Source of the DNA: Escherichia phage 55 | DNA: 64,000 bases | Strand: one strand, 5' to 3' | Sequence record: OQ599310 | In this document: positions 39,762 to 50,892 of the stretch, one piece after another | Layout of the letters: each line of letters starts with the position of its first letter | How positions within the stretch are numbered: the first letter of the stretch is position 1 | The notes under the pieces: model-generated | What the model was told of the DNA's origin: nothing | Databases searched by the model: none | Seen by the model: the letters and a program-made list of their open reading frames with translations, nothing else | Translations under genes and position numbers: made by a program

Positions 39762-41251
39762 TTTTAGATATTTTAAACCAAATAGCTGCGATCGGTTCTA
39801 CTAAAACAAAACAGGAAATCCTTAAGAAAAATAAGGACAACAAATTACTTGAACGTGTGTATCGTTTAACATATGCACGTGGTATTCAGTATTATATTAA
39901 GAAATGGCCGGGACCAGGTGAAAGGTCCCAAGCATATGGTCTTCTTGAATTAGATGACATGTTGGATTTTATTGAGTTCACATTAGCCACTCGTAAACTC
40001 ACTGGTAATGCTGCAATTAAAGAGCTCATGGGTTATATCGCTGACGGTAAACCTGATGATGTAGAAGTCCTTCGTCGTGTAATGATGCGAGACCTTGAAG
40101 TAGGTGCTTCAGTGTCTATCGCGAATAAGGTGTGGCCTGGACTTATTCAATTGCAGCCACAGATGTTAGCATCTGCATATGATGAGAAATTGATTACTAA
40201 AAATATTAAATGGCCTGCATTTGCCCAATTAAAGGCAGATGGTGCTCGTTGTTTCGCTGAAGTTCGCGATGATGGCGTTCAATTCTTTTCTCGTGCCGGT
40301 AACGAATACCATGGTCTTACTCTATTAGCAGATGAACTAATGGAAATGACTAAAGAAGCTCGTGAAAGACACCCTAATGGGGTTTTAATCGACGGTGAAT
40401 TAGTTTATCATTCATTTGATATTAAAAAGGCTGTGAGCTCAGGAAATGACCTGTCGTTCTTATTTGGCGATAATGAAGAATCCGAAGAAGTACAAGTTGC
40501 AGACCGTAGCACTTCAAATGGTTTAGCAAATAAATCTCTTCAAGGGACTATTTCTCCTAAAGAAGCGGAAGGTATGGTTCTTCAAGCCTGGGACTATGTT
40601 CCTTTAGATGAAGTCTACTCTGATGGCAAAATTAAAGGTCAGAAATACGATGTTCGTTTTGCTGCTCTTGAAAATATGGCTGAAGGCTTTAAGCGAATTG
40701 AGCCAATTGAAAATCAGTTAGTTCGTAATCTTGACGAAGCTAAAGTGGTTTATAAAAAATATGTTGACCAAGGTCTTGAAGGTATTATCCTTAAAAACCG
40801 TGATTCATACTGGGAAAACAAACGCTCTAAGAACCTAATTAAATTTAAAGAAGTTATTGATATCGCTTTAGAAGTTGTAGGATACTATGAACACTCTAAA
40901 GACCCTAACAAATTAGGTGGTGTCGAACTCGTATCACGTTGTCGTCGTATTACAACCGATTGTGGTTCAGGGTTTAAAGATACAACTCATAAAACAGTTG
41001 ATGGTGTAAAGGTTCTTATTCCTTTAGATGAGCGTCATGATTTGGACCGTGAACGATTAATGACCGAAGCTCGTGAAGGTAAATTGATTGGACGTATTGC
41101 CGATTGTGAATGCAATGGTTGGGTTCATTCTAAAGGACGTGAAGGCACTGTAGGTATTTTCCTTCCAATTATTAAAGGGTTCCGTTTTGATAAAACAGAA
41201 GCGGATTCATTTGAAGACGTATTTGGACCGTGGTCCCAGACAGGTTTATAA
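39758..41251 (+). CDS. 30: ATP-dependent DNA ligase (gp30)
   Basis: 497 aa; adenylation motif KADGAR; size as T4 ligase (487 aa). Confidence 0.93.
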   Translation: MILDILNQIAAIGSTKTKQEILKKNKDNKLLERVYRLTYARGIQYYIKKWPGPGERSQAYGLLELDDMLDFIEFTLATRKLTGNAAIKELMGYIADGKPDDVEVLRRVMMRDLEVGASVSIANKVWPGLIQLQPQMLASAYDEKLITKNIKWPAFAQLKADGARCFAEVRDDGVQFFSRAGNEYHGLTLLADELMEMTKEARERHPNGVLIDGELVYHSFDIKKAVSSGNDLSFLFGDNEESEEVQVADRSTSNGLANKSLQGTISPKEAEGMVLQAWDYVPLDEVYSDGKIKGQKYDVRFAALENMAEGFKRIEPIENQLVRNLDEAKVVYKKYVDQGLEGIILKNRDSYWENKRSKNLIKFKEVIDIALEVVGYYEHSKDPNKLGGVELVSRCRRITTDCGSGFKDTTHKTVDGVKVLIPLDERHDLDRERLMTEAREGKLIGRIADCECNGWVHSKGREGTVGIFLPIIKGFRFDKTEADSFEDVFGPWSQTGL

Positions 41252-41439
41252 TGAAAGCTTATTTAGAAACAGTTATTGTAGCTAAGAAGGATGGTGGAGA
41301 TGTTTCCACCTCTTGCTCTCAGATTATATTAGATTTTCCTAATGAAAATTCGTATCGGGTTTTCGTAGATAACGTTAATGGGTACGAAAAAGGCCCTAAT
41401 TTTGAAGTTTATCGTACTTTGCTCCCGATTGTGGATTAA
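41251..41439 (+). CDS. hypothetical protein (62 aa), alt.-1-position
   Basis: Start moved to ATG 41251 (TAATG overlap with the ligase stop). Confidence 0.4.
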   Translation: MKAYLETVIVAKKDGGDVSTSCSQIILDFPNENSYRVFVDNVNGYEKGPNFEVYRTLLPIVD

Positions 41440-41454
41440 GAGCCTTCGGGCTCT
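41439..41454 (+). terminator. hairpin AGAGCC-UUCG-GGCUCU followed by TTTTT
   Basis: 6-bp stem, UUCG loop, T-run. Confidence 0.6.
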
Positions 41455-41494
41455 TTTTGGCATAAATATAAATTATTACTAAAAGGAAAACACT

Positions 41495-43582
41495 ATGTCT
41501 GAACAATTAAATGAAGTGTTTGAATCTGAAGGCAGTCTTCCTGTCGTCAATTTGAACCCTAAAGCTAAAGTTCCACAAGTCTGGAAAATTGGTGATATCG
41601 ATACAAACATCGTAGTTCGTTTATTCTCTTACCTTTCCGAAGGCGACGCTGTAAAACAAGTTAAACTTGGCGACAAATACGCTCATGTTGTTATTATGAG
41701 TCTGTCTGAAAAGGGTAATCTCGCTGAATTGAAAAATGGCCTTGGTCCTGCTCCTATTGATGCAATCAACACTATTTTCAATACAGTATATGAACAGGTT
41801 AAAGCTCTTCGTATGGATGCAGTTCTGTTCCGGTTCCCTACCAAGAAATTGAAAGGACGTGGACAACAGCTTCAAACTCTTCTTGCTCGTTTAGTTTCTT
41901 CTAAAACCGGTGGTCGTTTTAAAGTATTGTCGGCAATGTATCAATTCACAGGTAAACACACCTATGTGATGATGGTTCGTAAAAATGCCAACATTGAAGA
42001 TATTAAAGGCATCCCTAACATTAACACAGAGTTGTACACGAAAGTAGATTCTGATGTTGGCGAAGTTTATGTGAGTAAAAAGACTGGTGAAAAGGTCACC
42101 AAAGAAACGGCTATCGCTGGTTCTATTGCTGCTGTAGAAGAAAAACGTAAAGATAAGCCTGTTATTGCTCGTACTAAAATTTCTCGTCGTGCTATTGCAG
42201 CAAGTCAATCTTTAGAAGCTGACCGACAAGAAGGTGAGTTATTCCAGAAATACGAAAATTCTGCTAAAGAAGTTAGTGGCCCAGCTACAGCCGAATTACT
42301 TCCTGAAGCATATGAAATTGTACTAGCCCAAGCATCGTCCACAGCAAAAGGCACTTTAGTTGCTGATATCGAAAATAAGATTTATAATCGTATTGATGAA
42401 TCCTTTAAATTTGCCGATGAAGTTTCTTATGGTAGTGTTATTAAGCCGACTTTAGAAAAGTTTGCTAAGAAAATTAAAACTGAAAAAACAACATCTGTTA
42501 AAGCATTAGCTGCTTTTGTTGAAGCTGCAAATGAAATTGCAGACTCTATTAAAGACGAATGGTTTGAAGATTTTAGACGTGATAATTTCCAACTGCCTGA
42601 CGACGTTTTAGCTGAAGTATCTGAAAGAACTTGGAAACAACGTAAATCAGCGTTCTTGTCTAATGTGATGTATACTTATGCCCGAGAATCGGCTAGAGGC
42701 ACCTTTAATATAACAATGAATCGGGACCCTAAACAATACTCTGTTGCTGAAAAACGAGCTATTCGTGAATATGCCTCTTCTGCATATACAGATATCAATA
42801 ATATGTTGTTAGGTCGTTATAAACCAGATTTTTACGATGTTGCGGATGAAGATGAAGTTAAACGCGCTATTGATGGTCTTGATTCGGCGTTTTTAAATGG
42901 AGACCGTTTACCTGAAGGACTAACGTTATATAGAGCTCAGTCTATCAGAATGCCTATTTACGAAGCAATGGTTAAAAATAAGGTATTCTACTTCAGAAAC
43001 TATGTTTCCACTTCACTAGCTCCTATTATTTTCGGTGGGTTTAAAGAGAACGTTGCCCTTGGACTTGCTCCTGAAGAAGTTCGCAAAGAGCTTAACATTG
43101 ACAATAATGACGAAGGTGTTACTATTTCTCCTAGTCAAGTAAGAACAGCTATGCATGCACCAGAACAAATCCGTGTTAACGTTGGATGGGCTATCGATGA
43201 CGCCCATAAAGTTAACGTGATTTATCCAGGACAGTTGAGTAATCACCCTAATGAGCAAGAAATTATTTTGCCTAGAGGCATTCTCTTGCAGATAAATAAA
43301 ATTACAGATGCGTCATCTGACACCGGTGCAGGTTTAGAATCCAACCTTAAATTTATTCAAGCTGAAGTCATGTCCTCAGACCAGTTGGATGAAGCCGTCA
43401 TTTATGATGGTGATGTTCTCATGGAAACAGGCGAGGTGGTTGCTATGACGGGTGAAATCGAATCGGATGAGCCGGTATCGTTCTCCTCATTTGTAGAAAA
43501 AACTAGTGCACCTAAAGGTTTGAAATTGTTAGCATCTTTAATGGATTTAGAATCAGTTCCGTTTAAATTTGTCCAAGGATAG
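41495..43582 (+). CDS. alt: Alt-like ADP-ribosyltransferase (head-packaged)
   Basis: 695 aa; size and position as T4 Alt (682 aa) between gene 30 and gene 54; catalytic motifs not verified. Confidence 0.75.
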   Translation: MSEQLNEVFESEGSLPVVNLNPKAKVPQVWKIGDIDTNIVVRLFSYLSEGDAVKQVKLGDKYAHVVIMSLSEKGNLAELKNGLGPAPIDAINTIFNTVYEQVKALRMDAVLFRFPTKKLKGRGQQLQTLLARLVSSKTGGRFKVLSAMYQFTGKHTYVMMVRKNANIEDIKGIPNINTELYTKVDSDVGEVYVSKKTGEKVTKETAIAGSIAAVEEKRKDKPVIARTKISRRAIAASQSLEADRQEGELFQKYENSAKEVSGPATAELLPEAYEIVLAQASSTAKGTLVADIENKIYNRIDESFKFADEVSYGSVIKPTLEKFAKKIKTEKTTSVKALAAFVEAANEIADSIKDEWFEDFRRDNFQLPDDVLAEVSERTWKQRKSAFLSNVMYTYARESARGTFNITMNRDPKQYSVAEKRAIREYASSAYTDINNMLLGRYKPDFYDVADEDEVKRAIDGLDSAFLNGDRLPEGLTLYRAQSIRMPIYEAMVKNKVFYFRNYVSTSLAPIIFGGFKENVALGLAPEEVRKELNIDNNDEGVTISPSQVRTAMHAPEQIRVNVGWAIDDAHKVNVIYPGQLSNHPNEQEIILPRGILLQINKITDASSDTGAGLESNLKFIQAEVMSSDQLDEAVIYDGDVLMETGEVVAMTGEIESDEPVSFSSFVEKTSAPKGLKLLASLMDLESVPFKFVQG

Positions 43583-43611
43583 TTTACAAACACATGGATG
43601 TGTGATACTAT
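43582..43611 (+). promoter_or_regulatory. T4-type early promoter (GTTTAC, 18 bp, TGTGATACTAT) with GGATG/CATCC palindrome
   Basis: GTTTAC 43582-43587; TACTAT 43606-43611. Confidence 0.55.
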
Positions 43612-43640
43612 CATCCCATCAACAACATGAGGAAAACGTT

Positions 43641-43934
43641 ATGAAATCTATGCTTCGCTTTAATGGTCAAGAACTAGTAGTTGAAGATGTTATCCCGGCA
43701 GATGATGTTTTTAACGAAGCTGTGATTGACGAATTGAATCGAGTATTCCCAGGTGCATTCCATATTGCTATGGAACCTCTTAAAAACTTTCGTGACCCTG
43801 AACACACTGATCAAATTTTTATCGGTGTACTGACAGGTCATTTAGAAACAGAGGTACCAATGGTCGTATTAGTTAAATACTCTAAAGATGATACTCCATT
43901 CCGAGCACCAGCATTCCTTTCATTCCGTAAATAA
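43641..43934 (+). CDS. hypothetical protein (97 aa), alt.1-position
   Basis: Start moved to ATG 43641 (SD gaggaaaacgttATG). Confidence 0.45.
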   Translation: MKSMLRFNGQELVVEDVIPADDVFNEAVIDELNRVFPGAFHIAMEPLKNFRDPEHTDQIFIGVLTGHLETEVPMVVLVKYSKDDTPFRAPAFLSFRK

Positions 43935-43943
43935 ACCCCTAAA

Positions 43944-43960
43944 GGGAGACGTTGTCTCCC
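43944..43960. terminator. hairpin GGGAGAC-guu-GUCUCCC flanked by A-run and T-run, likely bidirectional
   Basis: Sits between convergent genes (plus-strand gene ending 43934, gene 54 ending 43967). Confidence 0.65.
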
Positions 43961-43966
43961 TTTTTC

Positions 43967-44929
43967 TTATAGTCCTAAAACTCTTGACGCAGAATTCACC
44001 ACACCTGTCAATGTGTTTATATTAGACACACCTCCAGCAGTCCCACCTAATCTAGAAAGTCTTGATACTGCACTTCCTAGACCAGAATCATTCTGATTAT
44101 TTCCAAACATTCCTGAAACACTACTAATAAGTCCTGATTCTAACCATTCTAAAGCAGCCTGTCTATTTACAGCACCTGATTGCATAACGCGATAAGCAAA
44201 TGTTACGTCAAAAACTGTTATCTGATTATCACCATCATATGTTAACTCAGGAGAAGAGACACTAACAGGAATACATCCAGTGAACATGACAGCGGTATGT
44301 GGTAAACCATTTCGTGCATGTAAATTAACCTGAATATCCGCTTCGACGTCTTGTGGTAAAGCGCGAAGACCTGTTACAGGGTCTTGGACCGAGTTTACCC
44401 AGTCTTGCATTGCTCTAAAGTTAGATGCTTCAGAATCCATTCTAAAGCTTATTACTAACGGGTCCATTTCTCGGCCGGTAATTCGGATGTTCGGTGAGTT
44501 ATAGTTGAAATCCGTTTCATAAGATAATCGGTTCTCAGGCATTTTTACAGAATAAATCATTAAACCTGTATTATTATATGCCATATTGAAGAAGTCTATC
44601 AGATAAGCTCCTACTGTGAACTCACCTAACAAGCTTTGTACCGTACGTTGGCTCATTGCTCCAATCAGATATTTACTTATACCTGATTTTCGAATTAATT
44701 TCTGTGTTCCTGCTGTAATCAGGGTTGTTACGCCCTGATTGATATCACCTTGAGTTAATCCTAACCAATCAGAATCCAACCCTAAGTTATTATAAGCAAA
44801 ACTACCAATTGACGAAATTAGTGAAGATGATTTAGTCGATGGTGTAGTAGCAAATACACAACTAAACATATTGTTTCGTTGGAAATCTGCATTTATAGCT
44901 TGGTTATTAAATTCTTCTAAAGAGTACAT
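43967..44929 (-). CDS. 54: gp54 baseplate tail-tube initiator
   Basis: 320 aa, same size and position as T4 gp54. Confidence 0.88.
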   Translation of the reverse strand: MYSLEEFNNQAINADFQRNNMFSCVFATTPSTKSSSLISSIGSFAYNNLGLDSDWLGLTQGDINQGVTTLITAGTQKLIRKSGISKYLIGAMSQRTVQSLLGEFTVGAYLIDFFNMAYNNTGLMIYSVKMPENRLSYETDFNYNSPNIRITGREMDPLVISFRMDSEASNFRAMQDWVNSVQDPVTGLRALPQDVEADIQVNLHARNGLPHTAVMFTGCIPVSVSSPELTYDGDNQITVFDVTFAYRVMQSGAVNRQAALEWLESGLISSVSGMFGNNQNDSGLGSAVSRLSRLGGTAGGVSNINTLTGVVNSASRVLGL

Positions 44930-46038
44930 TAGAAAGTCCCCGCATAAAGTGAAGAACGGTTTAATGTAATAATTTCTCGCATTGTTATCTCTAACGTAAA
45001 TGTTGACGGTAAGTTAGGAGCAACAGCAAGACCATTAAATTGTCCATTTGGAGTTTTATCAAAACGTACGCTTTGAATTTGACATGGGCCAAATACATCA
45101 GTTAACCCGTCAAATTTAGATGTATAACCAAAGTTTTTAACCATCCAAATTGTAGGGTTACTTACAACTAATACATTTGTTAATGACGCAGTAATCTTTT
45201 CAAACAATGTCTTATTTTTTACTGCATCGTCTGGCGTCATAGGCTCAATAAACGTTGAACGGTACCATTCGTCTAAATAACTTTTAATCTCTTGGGCGTA
45301 CTGTGATTTACCGGTCTCACCATATGAGAAATAGTTAAAATACTGGTAAATGTTTATAATAGCCATAAGGTCTTCAGTTGAACGCGGAGTTAAATCCCAT
45401 GTAAAGACTTTAGTACGGTTCTCGGCACCACCATACATACTACGAGAAGTCGTATAAATCTGCTCGTTATTATCAGCCATAAGCCCTTGAGTAATAGAAT
45501 CTAATGCACCAAAAACTGCAGTAGAAGCAATGTTACTTAAAACACCTGTAGCAGTACCTCCACCTTTAGTAATAAGGCTATCACCGATATCATTAAAACG
45601 ATGTGAAGTTGTATCAACGTCAGATTTGGAACGTGGCAAAAGTATATTAGCAACAGGAGTTTTATTTATAGTAGATTTATTAGCTCCGGCAGGAAGCAAC
45701 CCATTAGAGAATTTAGTCACTGCATCTTTCACGTTATCAGTTAAATCTGATATGATACCATTAGATGAAGTTCCGGCGTATGCCGGACGTAAATTCCTGA
45801 GGGATCCTGAATCGCGTGCAGACATATTGTACGCGGTAAATAATAATCCATTCTTATAAAGGTCTGTTACCTGGAAGTCTCCTGTGGAGTCATTTCCGGC
45901 TGCTCTTCCTGTAGGAAATTGAGCAACATAAGTTTTAGTAGTTGTTTCGGTTTTAGTGCTTTGCCCAGCACTTTCTGAGACTGGGATTGCTTTATTTAAA
46001 TCCTTTGCATCTACTACTATTTCTTTTACACTAATCAT
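44929..46038 (-). CDS. 48: gp48 baseplate tail-tube junction protein
   Basis: 369 aa; size and position as T4 gp48. Confidence 0.88.
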   Translation of the reverse strand: MISVKEIVVDAKDLNKAIPVSESAGQSTKTETTTKTYVAQFPTGRAAGNDSTGDFQVTDLYKNGLLFTAYNMSARDSGSLRNLRPAYAGTSSNGIISDLTDNVKDAVTKFSNGLLPAGANKSTINKTPVANILLPRSKSDVDTTSHRFNDIGDSLITKGGGTATGVLSNIASTAVFGALDSITQGLMADNNEQIYTTSRSMYGGAENRTKVFTWDLTPRSTEDLMAIINIYQYFNYFSYGETGKSQYAQEIKSYLDEWYRSTFIEPMTPDDAVKNKTLFEKITASLTNVLVVSNPTIWMVKNFGYTSKFDGLTDVFGPCQIQSVRFDKTPNGQFNGLAVAPNLPSTFTLEITMREIITLNRSSLYAGTF

Positions 46039-46046
46039 AATAATCC

Positions 46047-47819
46047 TTAATTAACACCGGTGGCATGGAAAATTCCAGGAGCCGTTGTACTTGTTACAGG
46101 GGTCATATTCTGGACTACGGTATTCTTTTTGACGACGTTATTTGTGTTACTAATCGCCGCTACCGGTTGCTGTTGTTTAGATTCAGAAGCACGTCCTTTC
46201 TCTATTGACTGAACTTGTTTTGCTTCCGGAGATTTAGTCGAAGATTCAGGCTTAACTGTTGTCTGAGCCTTTTTGGCTTCAGCCATTTTATTATTTAGCT
46301 TTTCAAATCTAGCGTCTATTTCCTTTTTAACAACAGGAGTTTTATTAAGTTCAGGGTCTTTAATAAGTTTACTTAAATCAGCATAAGACTTCTCGACGTT
46401 TTTAGCATTTTCCGGATTAGTCATATCGATTTTATCGATATAATCCTCAAATCTAACCAGTGCCGCACGAGTTTCATTAGCTTTTATATACGCCTCTTTA
46501 CGCTCCTCTTCAGGTAACTCTTTTAATTTTGCTGATTCCGCAGCACGCTCATCGCTTGTACTAAACTCTTCTTTATTGTCATTACCACGAACCCAGTTAG
46601 TAACGAATGTTTTGCCGCGTTGTAACATATCAAGACCTTTAGAAACGGTTCCTAATTCCCCATCGTCACGCTTCATTTGATATTTAGCGACTTTCTCTTG
46701 GTCTTCTTTCTTTAATTTGTTCCCAGTAGTTTCTTGGAATCCTTCCAAAGCACGTCCTTCTATTTCGTCCGCGGTATCACCAAAACCTATAGCACGCAAT
46801 ATAGATGCGGAGAGTTTAGCCATTCCTAATTGAATTAGTTCACCTAAGTTCATTAATGCTGTTCCTACACCTTTGACAATAGCAACGGTTAAACCACCCC
46901 AGTCTCCAGCTTCCCACAATTGTTTTATCGAGTCAATAGAAGTGAATATATCACTTAAGAATTTACCCCACTCTTGAGCTTCATCGGAGAATTTAGTAAA
47001 GTTTTCATCAAATAAATCCCAGGCAGAAGTGAATTTGTCTGTCCAATATTTGAAATGGACTATCAATAAATCAATACCGATAACAATACCAAGAATAAGC
47101 GCGGCCATTTTTGCTGCTTCAATAGCGGCCGTTATAGTGTATTTGAAAAGCATTCCAGCAATTCTGTCTGAAATTGATATTGATTTATTAAACCCGGTTT
47201 GAACTGTTTTGGTGAGCATTGCGATTTTATCGCTCAATTTAAAGCTAATTCCGCCTTTAGAATCGGAAGTAGAATTAGCACTTTCTTGAACCGGGGCTGG
47301 GAAGAAATCTTCGTCTGGCTTATTATCAATCTTTTCAGGTGTAGGTAATGCTTTAAACAACTCATCAGAAGTTTCATTCTCAACCACTTTAACAGGTATT
47401 GCGTTCTCAATTACTTCAAGAGAGGTGCCTCCTGTATTTTGAATAGCGGTAGATGTTTGTAATTTTTGCTCTAACAATGTAGCTAATCGGTCTAACTTAG
47501 AGCTTATTGCACTAGAAACTTCGTTTATACTTTTAGTGACTTCAGTTTGTTTTTCAATAACTTCTGCGATAAGCTCTGTGCCTTCAGCAGTATTATCTGT
47601 CGAATTCTTTAAGTCTCCAATTGATTCAATAATTCCATTGCCTTTATCTTCTACACTTTGCGATGTGAGTTCAGACGCGGCTTGGACATCGTCTAGTTTT
47701 GATGAAATATCATTCAATGCTTCTAATGAATCGGTAGCTGCTGTTGCAGCTACTTTTTGTGGTTTATTATCGGCAATGACCTTATTTCTACGCATGGATT
47801 TCATTTCTTCAGGTTTCAT
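46047..47819 (-). CDS. 29: gp29 tail tape-measure / baseplate hub protein
   Basis: 590 aa, same size as T4 gp29. Confidence 0.88.
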   Translation of the reverse strand: MKPEEMKSMRRNKVIADNKPQKVAATAATDSLEALNDISSKLDDVQAASELTSQSVEDKGNGIIESIGDLKNSTDNTAEGTELIAEVIEKQTEVTKSINEVSSAISSKLDRLATLLEQKLQTSTAIQNTGGTSLEVIENAIPVKVVENETSDELFKALPTPEKIDNKPDEDFFPAPVQESANSTSDSKGGISFKLSDKIAMLTKTVQTGFNKSISISDRIAGMLFKYTITAAIEAAKMAALILGIVIGIDLLIVHFKYWTDKFTSAWDLFDENFTKFSDEAQEWGKFLSDIFTSIDSIKQLWEAGDWGGLTVAIVKGVGTALMNLGELIQLGMAKLSASILRAIGFGDTADEIEGRALEGFQETTGNKLKKEDQEKVAKYQMKRDDGELGTVSKGLDMLQRGKTFVTNWVRGNDNKEEFSTSDERAAESAKLKELPEEERKEAYIKANETRAALVRFEDYIDKIDMTNPENAKNVEKSYADLSKLIKDPELNKTPVVKKEIDARFEKLNNKMAEAKKAQTTVKPESSTKSPEAKQVQSIEKGRASESKQQQPVAAISNTNNVVKKNTVVQNMTPVTSTTAPGIFHATGVN

Positions 47820-48349
47820 TCAAGCAATCCAATAATTTCTGCTATACCCTTAATAGGGCCATTAGGGCCTGGAATAGCAATGGTTGTCGAAAGGTCTTCT
47901 GCCCATTTGATTACAAAAGCAGGCATCTCAAGGAAAGAAATTTCTTTCTCTTCGTCATTAACTTTTATTAAGCAATTTGATAGCATTTCACTGATTGTAG
48001 CGAATTGTTCAAATTTGCCTGGGGGTCTAAAATAAAAAGTATTACCTTGAAATTGGAATTCTGTTCGTTGGCATACATAGACGTCATCTAGTTTATAAGT
48101 GAATCCATCTTTTTCAACTTCAGACTTAAGTTTGTTATTAAATTCCAATATGTGTAGACATGCAAAATCAAAATCTGCCGGACTCATATTTTTACAAATA
48201 GAATCAGCTAAGATTTTCATGTTTTCGTCAGGACCTTTAACGTCCTTTAAAAGATTATAATGTTTGAGCCCCAATTTGGGAATCATTACCTTTTTATTAG
48301 ACTGTGGTAGAATTATTTTCTTTAGAGGTAGAATCAGATTTAAGTTCAT
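47816..48349 (-). CDS. 28: gp28 baseplate hub distal subunit
   Basis: 177 aa as in T4. Confidence 0.85.
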   Translation of the reverse strand: MNLNLILPLKKIILPQSNKKVMIPKLGLKHYNLLKDVKGPDENMKILADSICKNMSPADFDFACLHILEFNNKLKSEVEKDGFTYKLDDVYVCQRTEFQFQGNTFYFRPPGKFEQFATISEMLSNCLIKVNDEEKEISFLEMPAFVIKWAEDLSTTIAIPGPNGPIKGIAEIIGLLE

Positions 48350-49469
48350 TTTTAACCTTAACTGGGTTAACAGGTTCTAACACCATTGAGTTGGTAAACA
48401 TGTACAGATGAGTTTGTGAGTTGTTATTTGATAACTCATGAATAACTTCATCTACGTAAAATTCGGATTTGAATTGGTTCTTTTGGTCGACAAATATAAT
48501 TTTAGTAGCAGGCGTTATGTTAAAATTACCTGTAGTAGTGCATTTAGCATATCCGTCATATTGAGCCATTGTCTGAAGACGACTTGCTTCTTCAAATCCA
48601 TTACGATAGGTCATTTCGGAATATCCACCAGATCTTGACACAACAATAGCATTATCACCATCGCCTGTAACAATAACCGGAATAGATGTATCTAAAAATG
48701 AATGGGCGAATATCGTGGCGTTTTTAATAGGGTCTCTTGTAAATTGGTTAGCTTTAGTCATCCAGGTGAAATCCCATACTAATGGATACTCAAGCTCTTG
48801 AATATACTGGCCTACGGTATTTGGCTCGCCTACAATCATCTTAATGCCTTCCTGGCCAATAAGAGTATCGTAGTCAATCATGTTTACGCCTAAAATATCT
48901 TGCCATACGAATACGAACTTATCACTCGCTGTAGCAAGTCCTAATTCTCTGACATATGCCAAATAATCATCAAATGTGCTTGTCCAAGGAATATCAGGAA
49001 CATAAGCATTAATAGTGTTTATTGGCGGAGTAATTAATGTACGGTCTTTATATATGACACCTAACATTTCACGTATAGATTCTCCTGCGTCTGGGAAGAA
49101 TGGTCGCCCAAATTTAAGGTTCTCTATAGAATGTATTGTTCCAAGCTCAATTGCAATAATATTGTCACCTTTTGAGTCCACAGACACAGAATAATGTCTA
49201 CATCCGTAAATTCGAGTTCTAACTTGGAGAGGTGTGTTTGAATTTGAAACAGAGATTTGGACTATCTGTCTACCATCCATTTTAGTGTGGATGTTTTTAG
49301 TGTCATAAAATTGAAGAATCCCTTCATTTCTTCCATATAGCGAATCTCGCATGGTTAAAGTTGTTATTGTTGCTGCGAGTTCAACGTATCTATTTTCTTG
49401 CCAAGCCGAATAATCTTGGTATAATTTAACGCTTAAGTTAGGATATCCTGGACGTTGGAATACTGTCAT
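48297..49469 (-). CDS. 27: gp27 baseplate hub subunit
   Basis: 390 aa; size and position as T4 gp27. Confidence 0.88.
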   Translation of the reverse strand: MTVFQRPGYPNLSVKLYQDYSAWQENRYVELAATITTLTMRDSLYGRNEGILQFYDTKNIHTKMDGRQIVQISVSNSNTPLQVRTRIYGCRHYSVSVDSKGDNIIAIELGTIHSIENLKFGRPFFPDAGESIREMLGVIYKDRTLITPPINTINAYVPDIPWTSTFDDYLAYVRELGLATASDKFVFVWQDILGVNMIDYDTLIGQEGIKMIVGEPNTVGQYIQELEYPLVWDFTWMTKANQFTRDPIKNATIFAHSFLDTSIPVIVTGDGDNAIVVSRSGGYSEMTYRNGFEEASRLQTMAQYDGYAKCTTTGNFNITPATKIIFVDQKNQFKSEFYVDEVIHELSNNNSQTHLYMFTNSMVLEPVNPVKVKNELKSDSTSKENNSTTV

Positions 49470-50218
49470 TTTTTATGGTCCTTTTCTACTAATGTTAAAG
49501 CAATACCACGTTCAACAGGAATCATTTGCATAATAGAATCCAATGTGTATTGACTCTTTACTAGTGAATGGTTTATCTGATAGAATGTAAAAATCTCATC
49601 AGGGTTAACTAACAATTTAAAAACCTCTAAGATATCAGTATATGTTTTAACATGACGTTCACAACAACCTAATCTAAGGGTCAAATTAATAGGGTTCATA
49701 GAAGCAATAACCTTCTCGAGCGAGTCAATGTCTATTGCTTCTATTACTTGGATTTGGTTCTCTTCAGTCAAATCATTCCATGGGTACCATTCATCATTAT
49801 AATATATTTCTTTTATGTTTTCACTTATCATTAATGCTTTATTGTCATAAAACTTTTCAGGGAAAGAAAAACGTATTTTTATACCAGCAACATCAAGTTC
49901 AGGTTCGACTAGTTCTTTTTGATATATCTCAAATGGTGCAGTTTTTTCTTTAGAGCATTTAGGGCAAGTGAAAATAACGGGAACTTTTGTTTTGCCTATA
50001 GAGCCTGCAAAAACTTGCAGGAATATAAATGGTTGCCATGTTTTAGGGTACTCGCCAAAATAATCATCAATCAGATCGGCAATTATTTCTTTTTGTTCTT
50101 GCGGCGAACGATGTTCGATATCATTTCTAACTAGTAAAAAGTCTCTATAATCCGCCACAGTGAACGGCTTAAAACGATGAACACCATCCGGTAATTTACA
50201 ACGAATTATATTAGCCAT
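49466..50218 (-). CDS. 51: gp51 baseplate hub assembly catalyst
   Basis: 250 aa; size and position as T4 gp51. Confidence 0.85.
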   Translation of the reverse strand: MANIIRCKLPDGVHRFKPFTVADYRDFLLVRNDIEHRSPQEQKEIIADLIDDYFGEYPKTWQPFIFLQVFAGSIGKTKVPVIFTCPKCSKEKTAPFEIYQKELVEPELDVAGIKIRFSFPEKFYDNKALMISENIKEIYYNDEWYPWNDLTEENQIQVIEAIDIDSLEKVIASMNPINLTLRLGCCERHVKTYTDILEVFKLLVNPDEIFTFYQINHSLVKSQYTLDSIMQMIPVERGIALTLVEKDHKK

Positions 50219-50235
50219 AATTACTCCTTTTCTAT

Positions 50236-50247
50236 TATTTATAAATA
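50236..50247. promoter_or_regulatory. overlapping divergent late promoters (TATTTATAAATA) for genes 51 and 26
   Basis: TATAAATA 50240-50247 on plus (gene 26 ATG 50266); reverse complement of 50236-50243 is TATAAATA for gene 51 (start 50218). Confidence 0.6.
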
Positions 50248-50265
50248 CACAATAAAGGAGTTAAC

Positions 50266-50892
50266 ATGTACAAATATACGTTTACCGTACGTTTAGGCGA
50301 TAAAGAAGTGAATTGTAGAGCCTTTACTTTAAAAGAATATTTAGGACTCATAGGTGCGCGGGCTACCGGTACTATTGAATCAGCAGTGAACAATATTATC
50401 ACTAATTGCTCTAATGCTAAAAACTTGACTAAACAAGAAGCCGAGTTATTGTTGGTAAATCTGTGGGCACATTCGTTAGGTGAAGTGAATCAAGAACACA
50501 CCTGGAATTGTTCCTGTGGGCATTCATTTCAAGTCTATATGAATTTATTGCACACTCAATTGGATGAACAGGCCGACCCCTGGTATTCGTTTAGTGGTAT
50601 TAAAATTAAGTTCCGACAACCTAAATTATTTGATGATAAAAATATCGCATTAATGATTGCTTCATGTATTGAGGCCGTTTTTGTCAATGGAGAGTCCATC
50701 CCTGTTGAAGATTTAACTGAAGCAGAAATAAACGACCTTTACGGCCTTATAACAGAAGATGACATGATCAATATTAAAAATCTTTTGGTATCGCCGTCAA
50801 TTTATCTGGCAACCCCTATTAAATGTCCCAAATGTGGGGCGTCACACGTTCACACAATACGAGGCCTCAAAGAATTCTTTGAGTTATTATAA
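50266..50892 (+). CDS. 26: gp26 baseplate hub subunit
   Basis: 208 aa as in T4. Confidence 0.85.
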   Translation: MYKYTFTVRLGDKEVNCRAFTLKEYLGLIGARATGTIESAVNNIITNCSNAKNLTKQEAELLLVNLWAHSLGEVNQEHTWNCSCGHSFQVYMNLLHTQLDEQADPWYSFSGIKIKFRQPKLFDDKNIALMIASCIEAVFVNGESIPVEDLTEAEINDLYGLITEDDMINIKNLLVSPSIYLATPIKCPKCGASHVHTIRGLKEFFELL

